Origin: a virus
Taxonomy: Duplodnaviria > Heunggongvirae > Uroviricota > Caudoviricetes
Strand: one strand, 5' to 3'
DNA: 9,272 nt
IMG/VR virus record: IMGVR_UViG_2695420685_000020
This document shows, in pieces, positions 1 to 6,574 of the stretch; within the stretch, counting starts at the first letter, position 1; each line of letters begins with the position of its first letter. A program made the translations under genes and the position numbers. The notes under the pieces are model-generated. The model saw only the letters and a list, made by a program, of their open reading frames with translations, did not search any database and had not been told where the DNA came from.

Positions 1-49
1 CCCCGTCAGTAGCTGAACAGGAGGGACAGCTGATAGAAACAGAAGCCAC
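1..49 (-). CDS. insA: insA of IS1, 5' end only (partial, continues past left edge); apparent GTG start at 49
   Basis: Minus-strand reading from 49 gives GTG GCT TCT GTT TCT ATC AGC TGT CCC TCC TGT TCA GCT ACT GAC GGG = (M)ASVSISCPSCSATDG, the InsA N-terminus as I recall it, preceded by GAGGTG. Confidence 0.55.
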   Translation of the reverse strand, partial: MASVSISCPSCSATDG

Positions 50-104
50 TGGAGCACCTCAAAAACACCATCATACACTAAATCAGTAAGTTGGCAGCAT
101 CACC
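1..104 (-). mobile_element. IS1 insertion sequence, terminal 104 bp (element continues past the left edge); 23-bp terminal inverted repeat at 82-104
   Basis: Reverse complement of 82-104 is GGTGATGCTGCCAACTTACTGAT, the IS1 left terminal inverted repeat as I recall it; the whole of 1-104 matches my recollection of the IS1 left end including the start of insA. The match stops exactly at 104, where gluconokinase coding sequence begins. Confidence 0.75.
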
Positions 105-353
105 GATGGCGACTATGAAACTATTCTCGCGCGAATGCAGCGTCGGGCTGGGCATTTTATGCCGGTAGCGTTACTAAAAAGTCAGTTTGAGGCACTGGAG
201 CGTCCACAAGCAGATGAACAGGATATTGTGCGCATTGATATCAACCATGATATTGCCAATGTCACCGAACAATGTCGGCAGGCTGTGCTGGCGATACGAC
301 AAAACAGAATATGTGCGAAAGAGGGCAGCGCCTCAGATCAGCGCTGCGAATGA
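105..353 (+). pseudogene. idnK: 3' fragment of a gluconokinase gene (IdnK/GntK family), apparently truncated by the IS1 insertion
   Basis: ORF track 135-353 (72 aa) plus in-frame upstream codons from 105 (DGDYETILARMQ...) resemble the gluconokinase C-terminus (LLKSQFEALERPQADE... compare GntK LLVSQFETLQEPGADE). The frame hits TAA at 87-89 inside the IS1 end, so no P-loop N-terminus is present in this window. Position next to ahr and leuX fits idnK. Confidence 0.6.
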
Positions 354-356
354 TTT

Positions 357-1376
357 TCAATAATCGGCTTTCAACACCACGCGGTAACGCGCCTTACCGT
401 CGCGCACATGCTGGATGGCGTCGTTAATTTTCGACATCGGGAACAGTTCGGTGGTCGGCGCAACCTTGCTGCGGGCGGCAAAACGCATCAGCTTACGCAG
501 CTCATAAGGCGTGCCGGTAGCAGAACCAGAGACGCTGCGATCGCCCGCAATTAACGTAAAGGCCGGAACAGACAGCGGCGTGAGAACCGCACCGACCGTA
601 TGGAAATTACCGCCATAGGTCAGCGCCTCAAAATAGGGCTGCCAGTCGAGGCTGACGTTGACGGTGTTGATAATGAGATCAAACTGCCCCGCCAGTGCTT
701 TCAGTGCCTGCGGATCGCGGCTATTCACCACTTTATCGGCACCCATCGCCAGCACTTCCTGCTCTTTCGCCGGATTAGAACTAAAGGCTGTCACCTCGCA
801 TCCCATTGCGTGCAGAAGTTTTATAGCGATATGCCCCAGCCCGCCAATACCAATTACCCCAACGCGGCTGGTAGCAGTGATATGGTGCATCAACAGTGGT
901 TTAAAGACCGTGATACCGCCGCACAACAGCGGCCCGGCGGACTCGATATCAATATTTTCTGGCAGTGGAATCACCCATTGCCAGTCCGCACGCAACTTCT
1001 CGGCAAAGCCACCGCGATTCATAATCGTCGGCACCGCACCTTGCTCGCAGTTGATCTGATTACCGCTAATACAGGCGTCGCAGTGACCACAGCTACGCGC
1101 CGTCCAGCCAATCCCGACACGCTGACCGACCTGCAAACCTTTATCCTGCGCGGCGCTCCCGAGTGCCACCACGCGCCCAATCACCTCATGCCCGGCAACC
1201 AGCGGATATTGTGAAAATCCCCATTCGTTATCGATCATCGACAGATCGGAATGGCAGATCCCGCAGTAATCCACCTGCACTTCAACATCTTGTGGCCTCA
1301 GCTCACCGGGATCGTACTCATAAACTTCCAGTTCTCCGCCCGCTTCTTTTGCGGCATAGCTTTTTATCATCGACAT
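357..1376 (-). CDS. ahr: Zn-dependent NADPH aldehyde reductase Ahr (YjgB), medium-chain dehydrogenase/reductase family, 339 aa
   Basis: ORF track 357-1418 minus. Likely true start is ATG at 1376 (MSMIKSY...) with AGAAGGA Shine-Dalgarno upstream. Zn/ADH motifs present: CGICHSD, GHEVIG, CGHCDAC, and Rossmann GIGGLGH. Stop TGA at 357-359, 3 nt from the convergent idnK stop. Confidence 0.9.
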   Translation of the reverse strand: MSMIKSYAAKEAGGELEVYEYDPGELRPQDVEVQVDYCGICHSDLSMIDNEWGFSQYPLVAGHEVIGRVVALGSAAQDKGLQVGQRVGIGWTARSCGHCDACISGNQINCEQGAVPTIMNRGGFAEKLRADWQWVIPLPENIDIESAGPLLCGGITVFKPLLMHHITATSRVGVIGIGGLGHIAIKLLHAMGCEVTAFSSNPAKEQEVLAMGADKVVNSRDPQALKALAGQFDLIINTVNVSLDWQPYFEALTYGGNFHTVGAVLTPLSVPAFTLIAGDRSVSGSATGTPYELRKLMRFAARSKVAPTTELFPMSKINDAIQHVRDGKARYRVVLKADY

Positions 1377-1513
1377 TTTTTGGTCCTTCTCTGGTGTTGT
1401 TTGGGAAGTGTAGAGCATGGCAGGGCGGGGTGCCTGGAGTGTGACAAAGGTTACACATCGCTGTATGCAATGCTGAAAATTTCAGCACTTAGCGAGGTGC
1501 GAGCAAGCTGGCG

Positions 1514-1542
1514 CTTGCATGGTGGCGTGCGACAGGTATAAT
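1514..1542 (+). promoter_or_regulatory. Candidate sigma70 promoter for leuX (-35 CTTGCA/TTGCAT, -10 TATAAT at 1537-1542)
   Basis: Perfect TATAAT hexamer with TTGCAT 16 nt upstream (or CTTGCA at 17 nt), about 30 nt upstream of the mature tRNA 5' end at 1572. Confidence 0.45.
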
Positions 1543-1571
1543 CCACAACGTTTTCCGCATACCTCTTCAGT

Positions 1572-1656
1572 GCCGAAGTGGCGAAATCGGTAGACGCAGT
1601 TGATTCAAAATCAACCGTAGAAATACGTGCCGGTTCGAGTCCGGCCTTCGGCACCA
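1572..1656 (+). tRNA. leuX: tRNA-Leu (anticodon CAA), 85 nt with long variable arm and encoded CCA
   Basis: GCCGAAGTGGCGAAATCGGTAGACGCAGTTGATTCAAAATCAACCGTAGAAATACGTGCCGGTTCGAGTCCGGCCTTCGGCACCA: acceptor stem GCCGAAG/CTTCGGC, anticodon loop TTCAAAA (CAA), T-arm GGTTCGAGTCC. Confidence 0.92.
1637..1656. other. Probable attL core region (3' end of leuX) of the integrated P4-like element; exact core boundaries not determinable
   Basis: Inference only: P4-family integrases integrate into the 3' end of tRNA genes and an integrase gene starts about 150 bp downstream. The matching attR copy would lie beyond the window. Confidence 0.3.
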
Positions 1657-1768
1657 TTATTACTTCCAAGTCCATCCGAGTAAGTCCGATTATCCATTAA
1701 AAATCAATACTTTCAGCGATTTCTACGATCCTGGATCGTCCGAGGTTGTCCGTTGAAATCCGGATGTC

Positions 1769-1791
1769 ATTGGGGGCATAATTGGGGGCAT
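1769..1791 (+). repeat. Tandem 11-bp direct repeat ATTGGGGGCAT x2 (1769-1779 and 1781-1791) just upstream of int
   Basis: Seen directly: cATTGGGGGCATaATTGGGGGCATc. Function unknown; position between the attachment region and the int start suggests an integrase arm-type or regulatory site. Confidence 0.5.
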
Positions 1792-1808
1792 CTTAACTTC
1801 GATTAGAA

Positions 1809-3095
1809 ATGTGCCCCCAAATGAAGCTCAATGCTAGACAAGTCGAGACAGCAAAGCCAAAAGACAAAAGCTACAAAATGGCCGATGGCGGCGGTTTGTA
1901 TCTCGAGGTTTCGGCCAAGGGGTCTAAATACTGGCGCATGAAATACCGACGCCCCTCTGACAAAAAAGAGGATCGCCTCGCTTTTGGTGTTTGGCCGACC
2001 GTGACGCTTGCTGAAGCTAGAAAGAGGAGGGATGAAGCGAAAAAGTTGCTGGCGCAAGGTATAGATCCAAAAGCAGTACAGAAAGAGGCTCAAGCAGAGA
2101 ATGCTGGTGCTTATAATTTTGAAACTATTGCTCGTGAATGGCACGCCAGCAACAAACGTTGGAGTGAGGATCATCGGGCGCGTGTTCTTCGCTATCTAGA
2201 GCTGTATATCTTTCCTTATATTGGCTTGTCTGATATCCGACAGCTTAAAACTAGCCATCTTTTAGCACCGATAAAAAAAGTTGATGCCAGTGGTAAGCAT
2301 GATGTGGCGCAGCGTCTTCAGCAACGTGTTACTGCTATTATGCGCTATGCCGTACAGAACGATTATATAGATTCAAATCCTGCAAGTGATATGGCTGGTG
2401 CGTTATCGACAGCTAAAACGCGGCACTATCCAGCTCTACCATCACATCGTTTTCCTGAGTTCTTAGCACGTCTTGCTGCATATCGTGGTCGTATGATGAC
2501 GAAAATTGCGGTTGAACTTTCTTTATTAACATTTGTTCGTTCCAGTGAGCTACGTTTCGCTCGCTGGGATGAATTCGACTTCGATAAATCTCTATGGCGT
2601 ATACCTGCAAAACGCGAGGAAATTAAAGGCGTACGTTACTCATATAGAGGAATGAAGATGAAGGAAGAGCATCTCGTTCCACTTAGTAGGCAAGCGATAG
2701 GGTTGTTGGAGCAGTTAAAGCAGATTAGTGGTGATAAGACGCTGCTTTTCCCTGGGGATCATGACGCAACTAAGGTTATGAGTGAGAACACTGTTAATAA
2801 TGCATTGCGTGCGATGGGCTATGATACGAAAACAGAAGTTTGCGGACATGGTTTTAGGACAATGGCACGTGGTGCGTTAGGAGAGTCAGGATTATGGAGT
2901 GATGATGCTATTGAACGCCAATTGAGCCATTCGGAACGTAATAATGTGCGAGCTGCGTATATTCATACGTCTGAGCATTTAGATGAGCGCAGACTAATGG
3001 TCCAATGGTGGGCAGATTATCTTTATTCCAACAGAGAGAAGCATATCTCTGCTTTTGAATTTGCAAATAAACTTAATAAAAATAGCCTTGATTAA
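1809..3095 (+). CDS. int: P4-family tyrosine integrase (site-specific recombinase), 428 aa (alternative ATG start at 1821)
   Basis: ORF track 1809-3095. N-terminal arm-binding-type region (AKPKDKSYKMADGGGLYLEV), C-terminal catalytic region with HGFRTMARGAL (H-x-x-R) and RAAYIH (catalytic Tyr). Located directly downstream of a tRNA gene. Confidence 0.9.
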   Translation: MCPQMKLNARQVETAKPKDKSYKMADGGGLYLEVSAKGSKYWRMKYRRPSDKKEDRLAFGVWPTVTLAEARKRRDEAKKLLAQGIDPKAVQKEAQAENAGAYNFETIAREWHASNKRWSEDHRARVLRYLELYIFPYIGLSDIRQLKTSHLLAPIKKVDASGKHDVAQRLQQRVTAIMRYAVQNDYIDSNPASDMAGALSTAKTRHYPALPSHRFPEFLARLAAYRGRMMTKIAVELSLLTFVRSSELRFARWDEFDFDKSLWRIPAKREEIKGVRYSYRGMKMKEEHLVPLSRQAIGLLEQLKQISGDKTLLFPGDHDATKVMSENTVNNALRAMGYDTKTEVCGHGFRTMARGALGESGLWSDDAIERQLSHSERNNVRAAYIHTSEHLDERRLMVQWWADYLYSNREKHISAFEFANKLNKNSLD

Positions 3096-3172
3096 GTCTC
3101 CGCTTAGTTTGAACTAGCCTTCATCAACAGCAATGCTTGTGTCTTTTTAACCTTCACTTAACACCTTCTTAG

Positions 3173-3213
3173 GCAATTATTCCATTGCTTTTAAAAACTA
3201 AGTATTCCTTAGT
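3173..3213. promoter_or_regulatory. Two palindromic operator candidates (C-boxes) upstream of the controller gene: GCAAT-N6-ATTGC (3173-3188) and CTAAG-N5-CTTAG (3198-3212)
   Basis: Seen directly: GCAATtattccATTGC and aCTAAGtattcCTTAGt. Both carry a TATTCC centre and sit 50-90 bp upstream of the C-gene ATG at 3263. From memory, CTAAG-N5-CTTAG is the reported C.EcoO109I binding site. Confidence 0.55.
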
Positions 3214-3262
3214 AATTTCGAGTGTAAAAAGTGCAAACCTACCTCCAAAAAGAGGATTTTCG

Positions 3263-3568
3263 ATGCTTCCAATTAGGTTAAAAAAAGCCCGATTGAATGC
3301 TGGGTTAACTCAAGAACAGCTGGGAATACTTGTTGGCATTGATGAATGCTCTGCCAGTGCTCGCATGAATCAATATGAGAAAGGTAAACATATGCCCGAT
3401 TTTTCACTTACTAAAAAAATCGCTGATTTATTAAATGTCCCTGTCTCATATTTTTACACACCCGAAGATGACTTGGCAGAAATTATTTTGTTGATTAATA
3501 AACTAGACAAAAAACAGCGGTTAATTTTATTAAAAAATTTATCAGATGGATTTATAAGTCATGAATAA
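3263..3568 (+). CDS. Controller (C) protein of an R-M system, XRE-family helix-turn-helix regulator, 101 aa
   Basis: ORF track 3185-3568 begins at a TTG; the internal ATG at 3263 has an AGAGGA Shine-Dalgarno 6 nt upstream (3251-3256). HTH segment LTQEQLGILVGIDECSASARMNQYEKGK. Stop overlaps the start of the next ORF, and palindromic operators lie upstream. Confidence 0.8.
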   Translation: MLPIRLKKARLNAGLTQEQLGILVGIDECSASARMNQYEKGKHMPDFSLTKKIADLLNVPVSYFYTPEDDLAEIILLINKLDKKQRLILLKNLSDGFISHE

Positions 3569-4379
3569 GCAAGAAGTTATACTTAAAGTGCAGGAGTGTG
3601 CTGCGTGGTGGATTTTGGAGAGACAAAGTAAACTAACAAAGTTAATGTCAGAAACAATGTCCATAAATCCGTTTATGACCCCTTTTATTTTTGATTATCA
3701 TTCCCTTAATGATTTTGATGAACTAGTTGAAGCAATAATTGCTAAGCATTTAATGACTGGGCATGATACTGGCTTTGGAAAATTGATTGATGAAAAAATA
3801 CTTCCTAGAGTGTTTGGTGCATATAAATTAGATAAAAGTTATAGAGCTGCCAACGAGCCTTTTATACACCCTTGCTTTGATGAAATAGATCATGTAATAC
3901 AAAGGGATGATGGTAGAATTGAGCTTTTATCTCTTAAGGCAGGGAAATGGACTATTCAATTGACGATGGCTGTCCAACTAAATAAAGCATTTCACGAAAT
4001 CATAAATAATTATCCTGGAGTGGCTGACAATATAGTGGTTGGGGTTTTTTATGGAAATAGCCATGGATTAACTGATAAGTATAGAATCTTACGAGGTATC
4101 AATACTGGTGCAAACCACAATGTGATTGATATTCGTGACAAAGTGCATGTATATGCTGGTAAAGAATTTTGGTCATGGCTTAACAATGGTGAGGCTGAAA
4201 CCCAGCATTGGGTACTTGAAGGTATAGAACGTGCTGTAAAAGAAGCAGATATAAAAGAAAAAAATAAAGATCTTATTGAAAAATTCAAAGAACATGTTGC
4301 AAAGAAGTACAATGAGCAAGTTCTAAATGCTGATGGCACAGCTCAATGGCACAAATTACTTGAAATGATTAATGAATAA
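3561..4379 (+). CDS. Type II restriction endonuclease candidate, 272 aa (possibly EcoO109I-type)
   Basis: ORF track 3561-4379. ATG overlaps the C-gene stop by 8 nt (ATGAATAA). Lies between a C-protein gene and a convergent m5C methyltransferase gene. Contains a plausible PD-(D/E)xK-like segment (FDEIDHV...IELLSLK). Length agrees with my recollection of R.EcoO109I (272 aa). No direct homology check was possible. Confidence 0.7.
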   Translation: MNKQEVILKVQECAAWWILERQSKLTKLMSETMSINPFMTPFIFDYHSLNDFDELVEAIIAKHLMTGHDTGFGKLIDEKILPRVFGAYKLDKSYRAANEPFIHPCFDEIDHVIQRDDGRIELLSLKAGKWTIQLTMAVQLNKAFHEIINNYPGVADNIVVGVFYGNSHGLTDKYRILRGINTGANHNVIDIRDKVHVYAGKEFWSWLNNGEAETQHWVLEGIERAVKEADIKEKNKDLIEKFKEHVAKKYNEQVLNADGTAQWHKLLEMINE

Positions 4380-4407
4380 AAAACTGGCCTAAGGGCCAGT
4401 TTTTTTT
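4378..4407. terminator. Bidirectional intrinsic terminator between the convergent R and M genes
   Basis: AAAAACTGGCC-taag-GGCCAGTTTTTTTT: 7-bp GC-rich stem (4383-4389 / 4394-4400), 4-nt loop, A-tract on the left and T-tract on the right, located in the 38-bp gap between the two stop codons. Confidence 0.65.
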
Positions 4408-4417
4408 ATGACTAATT

Positions 4418-5671
4418 CTAAACTTCTTCTTCAAGGTCGTAGTAAGAAACATCTCCACTATATGCTTGACCATTTTTAAAGAAAGATCTGGTTCTAATAT
4501 GCGGTCTAATATGGGTTTCTATATAATCTGGAGTTACTAAATCAGCAACCTTATTTTCTTGTATACGATGAAGAAGTTCCATAGCAGCTTCCCCTGCAAC
4601 TTTACCTAACCGGACAGGAACTGCGTTACCTATCTGTCTGAATTTTTCTGTAGTTGTACCTTCAAATTTCCAGTAATCAGGAAACTCTTGTATCGCGGCA
4701 GCTTCACCAACAGAAATAGCTCTAAGTTCAGTTGGGTGGCACATACTTGTTCCCGCATGATTTGGCATTGTTACTACTGTGGGTGAAGGAAACTGGAAAG
4801 ATAGTTTCCTCCAGTAAGCACTTCTTCCTCCTTTAAGATACCAGCTTTTTCCCATAGATTCTTTTTGCATTTCTTCTGGCATGCTTCTCCAGTTTCCGCC
4901 AGGTGGAACCATTGAAAGATATTTCAGTTTTCTTGGCGAAAAATTCATGACTTCTGGATATTTATCAACAAAACCGCTCTCTGGGCCAATTACATCCCCC
5001 AGCGTTTTGAATGGCGGAAGATTATCTTCTACTCTATTGCTGAATAAAGGGGAGGCGAAATTGGCTATCATTCCGAAGCGATTACCAATTAAAATAACAC
5101 GCTCCCTAATTTGTGGGGCTCCATAGTTGGCAGCATTAACTACAAAGCAATCCACATGATAACCTAGTTTATTGAATTCGTTAGCTACCCTTTTTATTAG
5201 AGAGCCTTTTTCGAAAGCAGATGCTGCGATTGTGCCTGATAGCTCCTTCTTTTTAGAAGCTGGAACTATAGACATTGATAATAAACCGCGTACGTTTTCC
5301 ATTACGAAAACTTTTGGGTTTAATTCTTTAATCATTCGAACATATTCGAAAATAAGCTGCCCTCTGGCATCTTCTAGCCCTAACCTATTTCCAAAAACAC
5401 TAAATGCTTGGCACGGTGGACCGCCAGCAACTAAATCTATTTCTTCTTTATCATTCACTCCGGCTAGTGCTAATAATTCAGAGCCAGTGCAGTCAACAAT
5501 ACTACCTTCGAATACAGCAAGATTTGGCTTATTAGTTTTAATTGTTTTTAGAGCTGCCTTATCTTGTTCAACGCAAGCTACGAGCTCAAAGCCAGCCTCT
5601 TCGAGACCTAAGTCTAACCCCATTGCGCCACTAAATAGCGAAATAAACTTTTTACTAGACAAAATAATCAC
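4418..5671 (-). CDS. DNA (cytosine-5) methyltransferase, Type II modification enzyme, about 414-417 aa (start codon uncertain: GTG at 5671 or TTG at 5662)
   Basis: ORF track 4418-5671 minus. Canonical m5C-MTase motifs: I FSGAMGLDLG, IV GGPPCQAFS, VI ENVRGL, VIII QIRERV, X GNAVPV. No ATG at the N-terminus; AGGTGA lies upstream of the TTG at 5662. Confidence 0.9.
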   Translation of the reverse strand: MIILSSKKFISLFSGAMGLDLGLEEAGFELVACVEQDKAALKTIKTNKPNLAVFEGSIVDCTGSELLALAGVNDKEEIDLVAGGPPCQAFSVFGNRLGLEDARGQLIFEYVRMIKELNPKVFVMENVRGLLSMSIVPASKKKELSGTIAASAFEKGSLIKRVANEFNKLGYHVDCFVVNAANYGAPQIRERVILIGNRFGMIANFASPLFSNRVEDNLPPFKTLGDVIGPESGFVDKYPEVMNFSPRKLKYLSMVPPGGNWRSMPEEMQKESMGKSWYLKGGRSAYWRKLSFQFPSPTVVTMPNHAGTSMCHPTELRAISVGEAAAIQEFPDYWKFEGTTTEKFRQIGNAVPVRLGKVAGEAAMELLHRIQENKVADLVTPDYIETHIRPHIRTRSFFKNGQAYSGDVSYYDLEEEV

Positions 5672-5804
5672 CTACATACTTAGCAGCCAAATACTAGGAT
5701 ATTGTAAAGGATTAACACTAATCCTCAACTCAAGTTTCAGGGATCTTAGCAGAATCTGCTTTGCAAGGATTCTATGAATGTAAATTAATAGATACTGGCG
5801 CGCA

Positions 5805-5823
5805 GTGCTTTCCCCGCCTCGCC
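5805..5823. other. cos site: 19-nt cohesive-end sequence of P2/P4-type phages (reverse complement of GGCGAGGCGGGGAAAGCAC)
   Basis: Exact 19/19 match at 5805-5823 (GTGCTTTCCCCGCCTCGCC) to the P2/186/P4 cohesive-end sequence as I recall it, located immediately downstream of psu where P4 carries cos. Confidence 0.7.
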
Positions 5824-5923
5824 CGCCCGCTTTGTGGGATGGTTTTAATGCAGTTGCGCTGACACGCTCAGGCCACGCCGGGCGTGGCGCGATCTGCAGA
5901 AAATGAGGCAGGAAAACGCATGC

Positions 5924-5956
5924 AAAGCCATGCACCTTATCGATGCATGGCTTTTT
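5924..5956 (+). terminator. Stem-loop with 3' T-run (AAAGCCATGCA-ccttatcga-TGCATGGCTTTTT); possible terminator or cos-region structure
   Basis: 11-bp perfect inverted repeat, 9-nt loop, followed by TT. Sits between cos and the psu stop. Function and strand uncertain. Confidence 0.3.
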
Positions 5957-5987
5957 CCAGTAAAAACGGGCGGATTTTCGGGGAATT

Positions 5988-6560
5988 TTACACAGACTGA
6001 CGTGATGCCAGTTGCGCACTTTTACGCGAAAAAATCATGTTCTGCGCAGGGGTGAATTTTTCACGGCTGTCATCCACCGAAGCCGCGTCAGGCCTGAATC
6101 CGATGGTCGTAAAAATGTCGCTATCCTGTGCGGAATAATTAATTTTTTCCCCCTTCGCAAGCCAGGAAAGAAGGGCTTCACGCAGGGCATCTGTGGCACG
6201 CTGTATGGCACAGTTTCGGGCAATGGCCGTCAGCTCACTGTAGCCCATCAGCTCCGGTGCCAGTGCCGCCGCCAGTGCTGTGCCGTGCTGCTGCATAAAA
6301 TCATTCAGCCGGTCGCGGATGCTGATGTGCTGAACGGCTTCATGCGAACGAATATAACGACCGGCGGTCTGATTCACCTGCCATTTTCTGACTTCGATAA
6401 TATTGCGTAATTCGTCAAGGCGACTGACGTTTCTGCCTTCTCCTGACAGAAGCCGCAGATATTCCTGTTCGGCCGCTGCCAGCTCATTTTTGCGTTGCAG
6501 CCATGCTGCTTTGTTATTCTGGCAGACCTCAAAAGCCTGCTGTAATGACATTGTGGTCAC
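5988..6560 (-). CDS. psu: Psu (polarity suppression / Rho-antagonist capsid decoration protein) of P4-type satellites, 190 aa with GTG start (alternative ATG at 6551)
   Basis: ORF track 5988-6560 minus. N-terminus xTTMSLQQAFEVCQNNKAAWLQRKNELAAAEQEYLRL closely resembles P4 Psu as I recall it (same 190-aa length). AGGAGA Shine-Dalgarno 7 nt upstream of the GTG. Confidence 0.88.
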   Translation of the reverse strand: MTTMSLQQAFEVCQNNKAAWLQRKNELAAAEQEYLRLLSGEGRNVSRLDELRNIIEVRKWQVNQTAGRYIRSHEAVQHISIRDRLNDFMQQHGTALAAALAPELMGYSELTAIARNCAIQRATDALREALLSWLAKGEKINYSAQDSDIFTTIGFRPDAASVDDSREKFTPAQNMIFSRKSAQLASRQSV

Positions 6561-6574
6561 ACCCCGTCTCCTGA

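Noticed and set aside
600-1214. ORFs of 204 aa (600-1214 +) and 133 aa (658-1059 +) on the plus strand
   Set aside because: Entirely antisense to the well-supported ahr gene; no start context and no recognisable motifs. Typical shadow ORFs.
1451-1675. 74-aa minus-strand ORF spanning the leuX tRNA
   Set aside because: Overlaps the tRNA gene and its promoter; tRNA identity is unambiguous.
1803-2174. 123-aa minus-strand ORF
   Set aside because: Antisense to the 5' part of the integrase gene; no support.
3185-3262. N-terminal extension of the controller ORF from the TTG at 3185
   Set aside because: The track start is a TTG with no ribosome-binding site. The ATG at 3263 has AGAGGA at ideal spacing and gives a typical about 100-aa C protein, and the extension would cover the operator palindromes.
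4049-4339. 96-aa minus-strand ORF inside the endonuclease gene
   Set aside because: Antisense to the R gene; low-complexity translation.
4881-5777. Plus-strand ORFs 4881-5126 and 5172-5777
   Set aside because: Antisense to the methyltransferase gene, whose conserved motifs fix the coding strand.
5672-6019. 115-aa minus-strand ORF spanning the cos region
   Set aside because: Covers the cos 19-mer and GC hairpins and overlaps the psu 3' end; more likely structured non-coding DNA.
6012-6410. 132-aa plus-strand ORF and 62-aa minus-strand ORF within psu
   Set aside because: Overlap and are antisense or out of frame relative to psu, which has strong family-level support.
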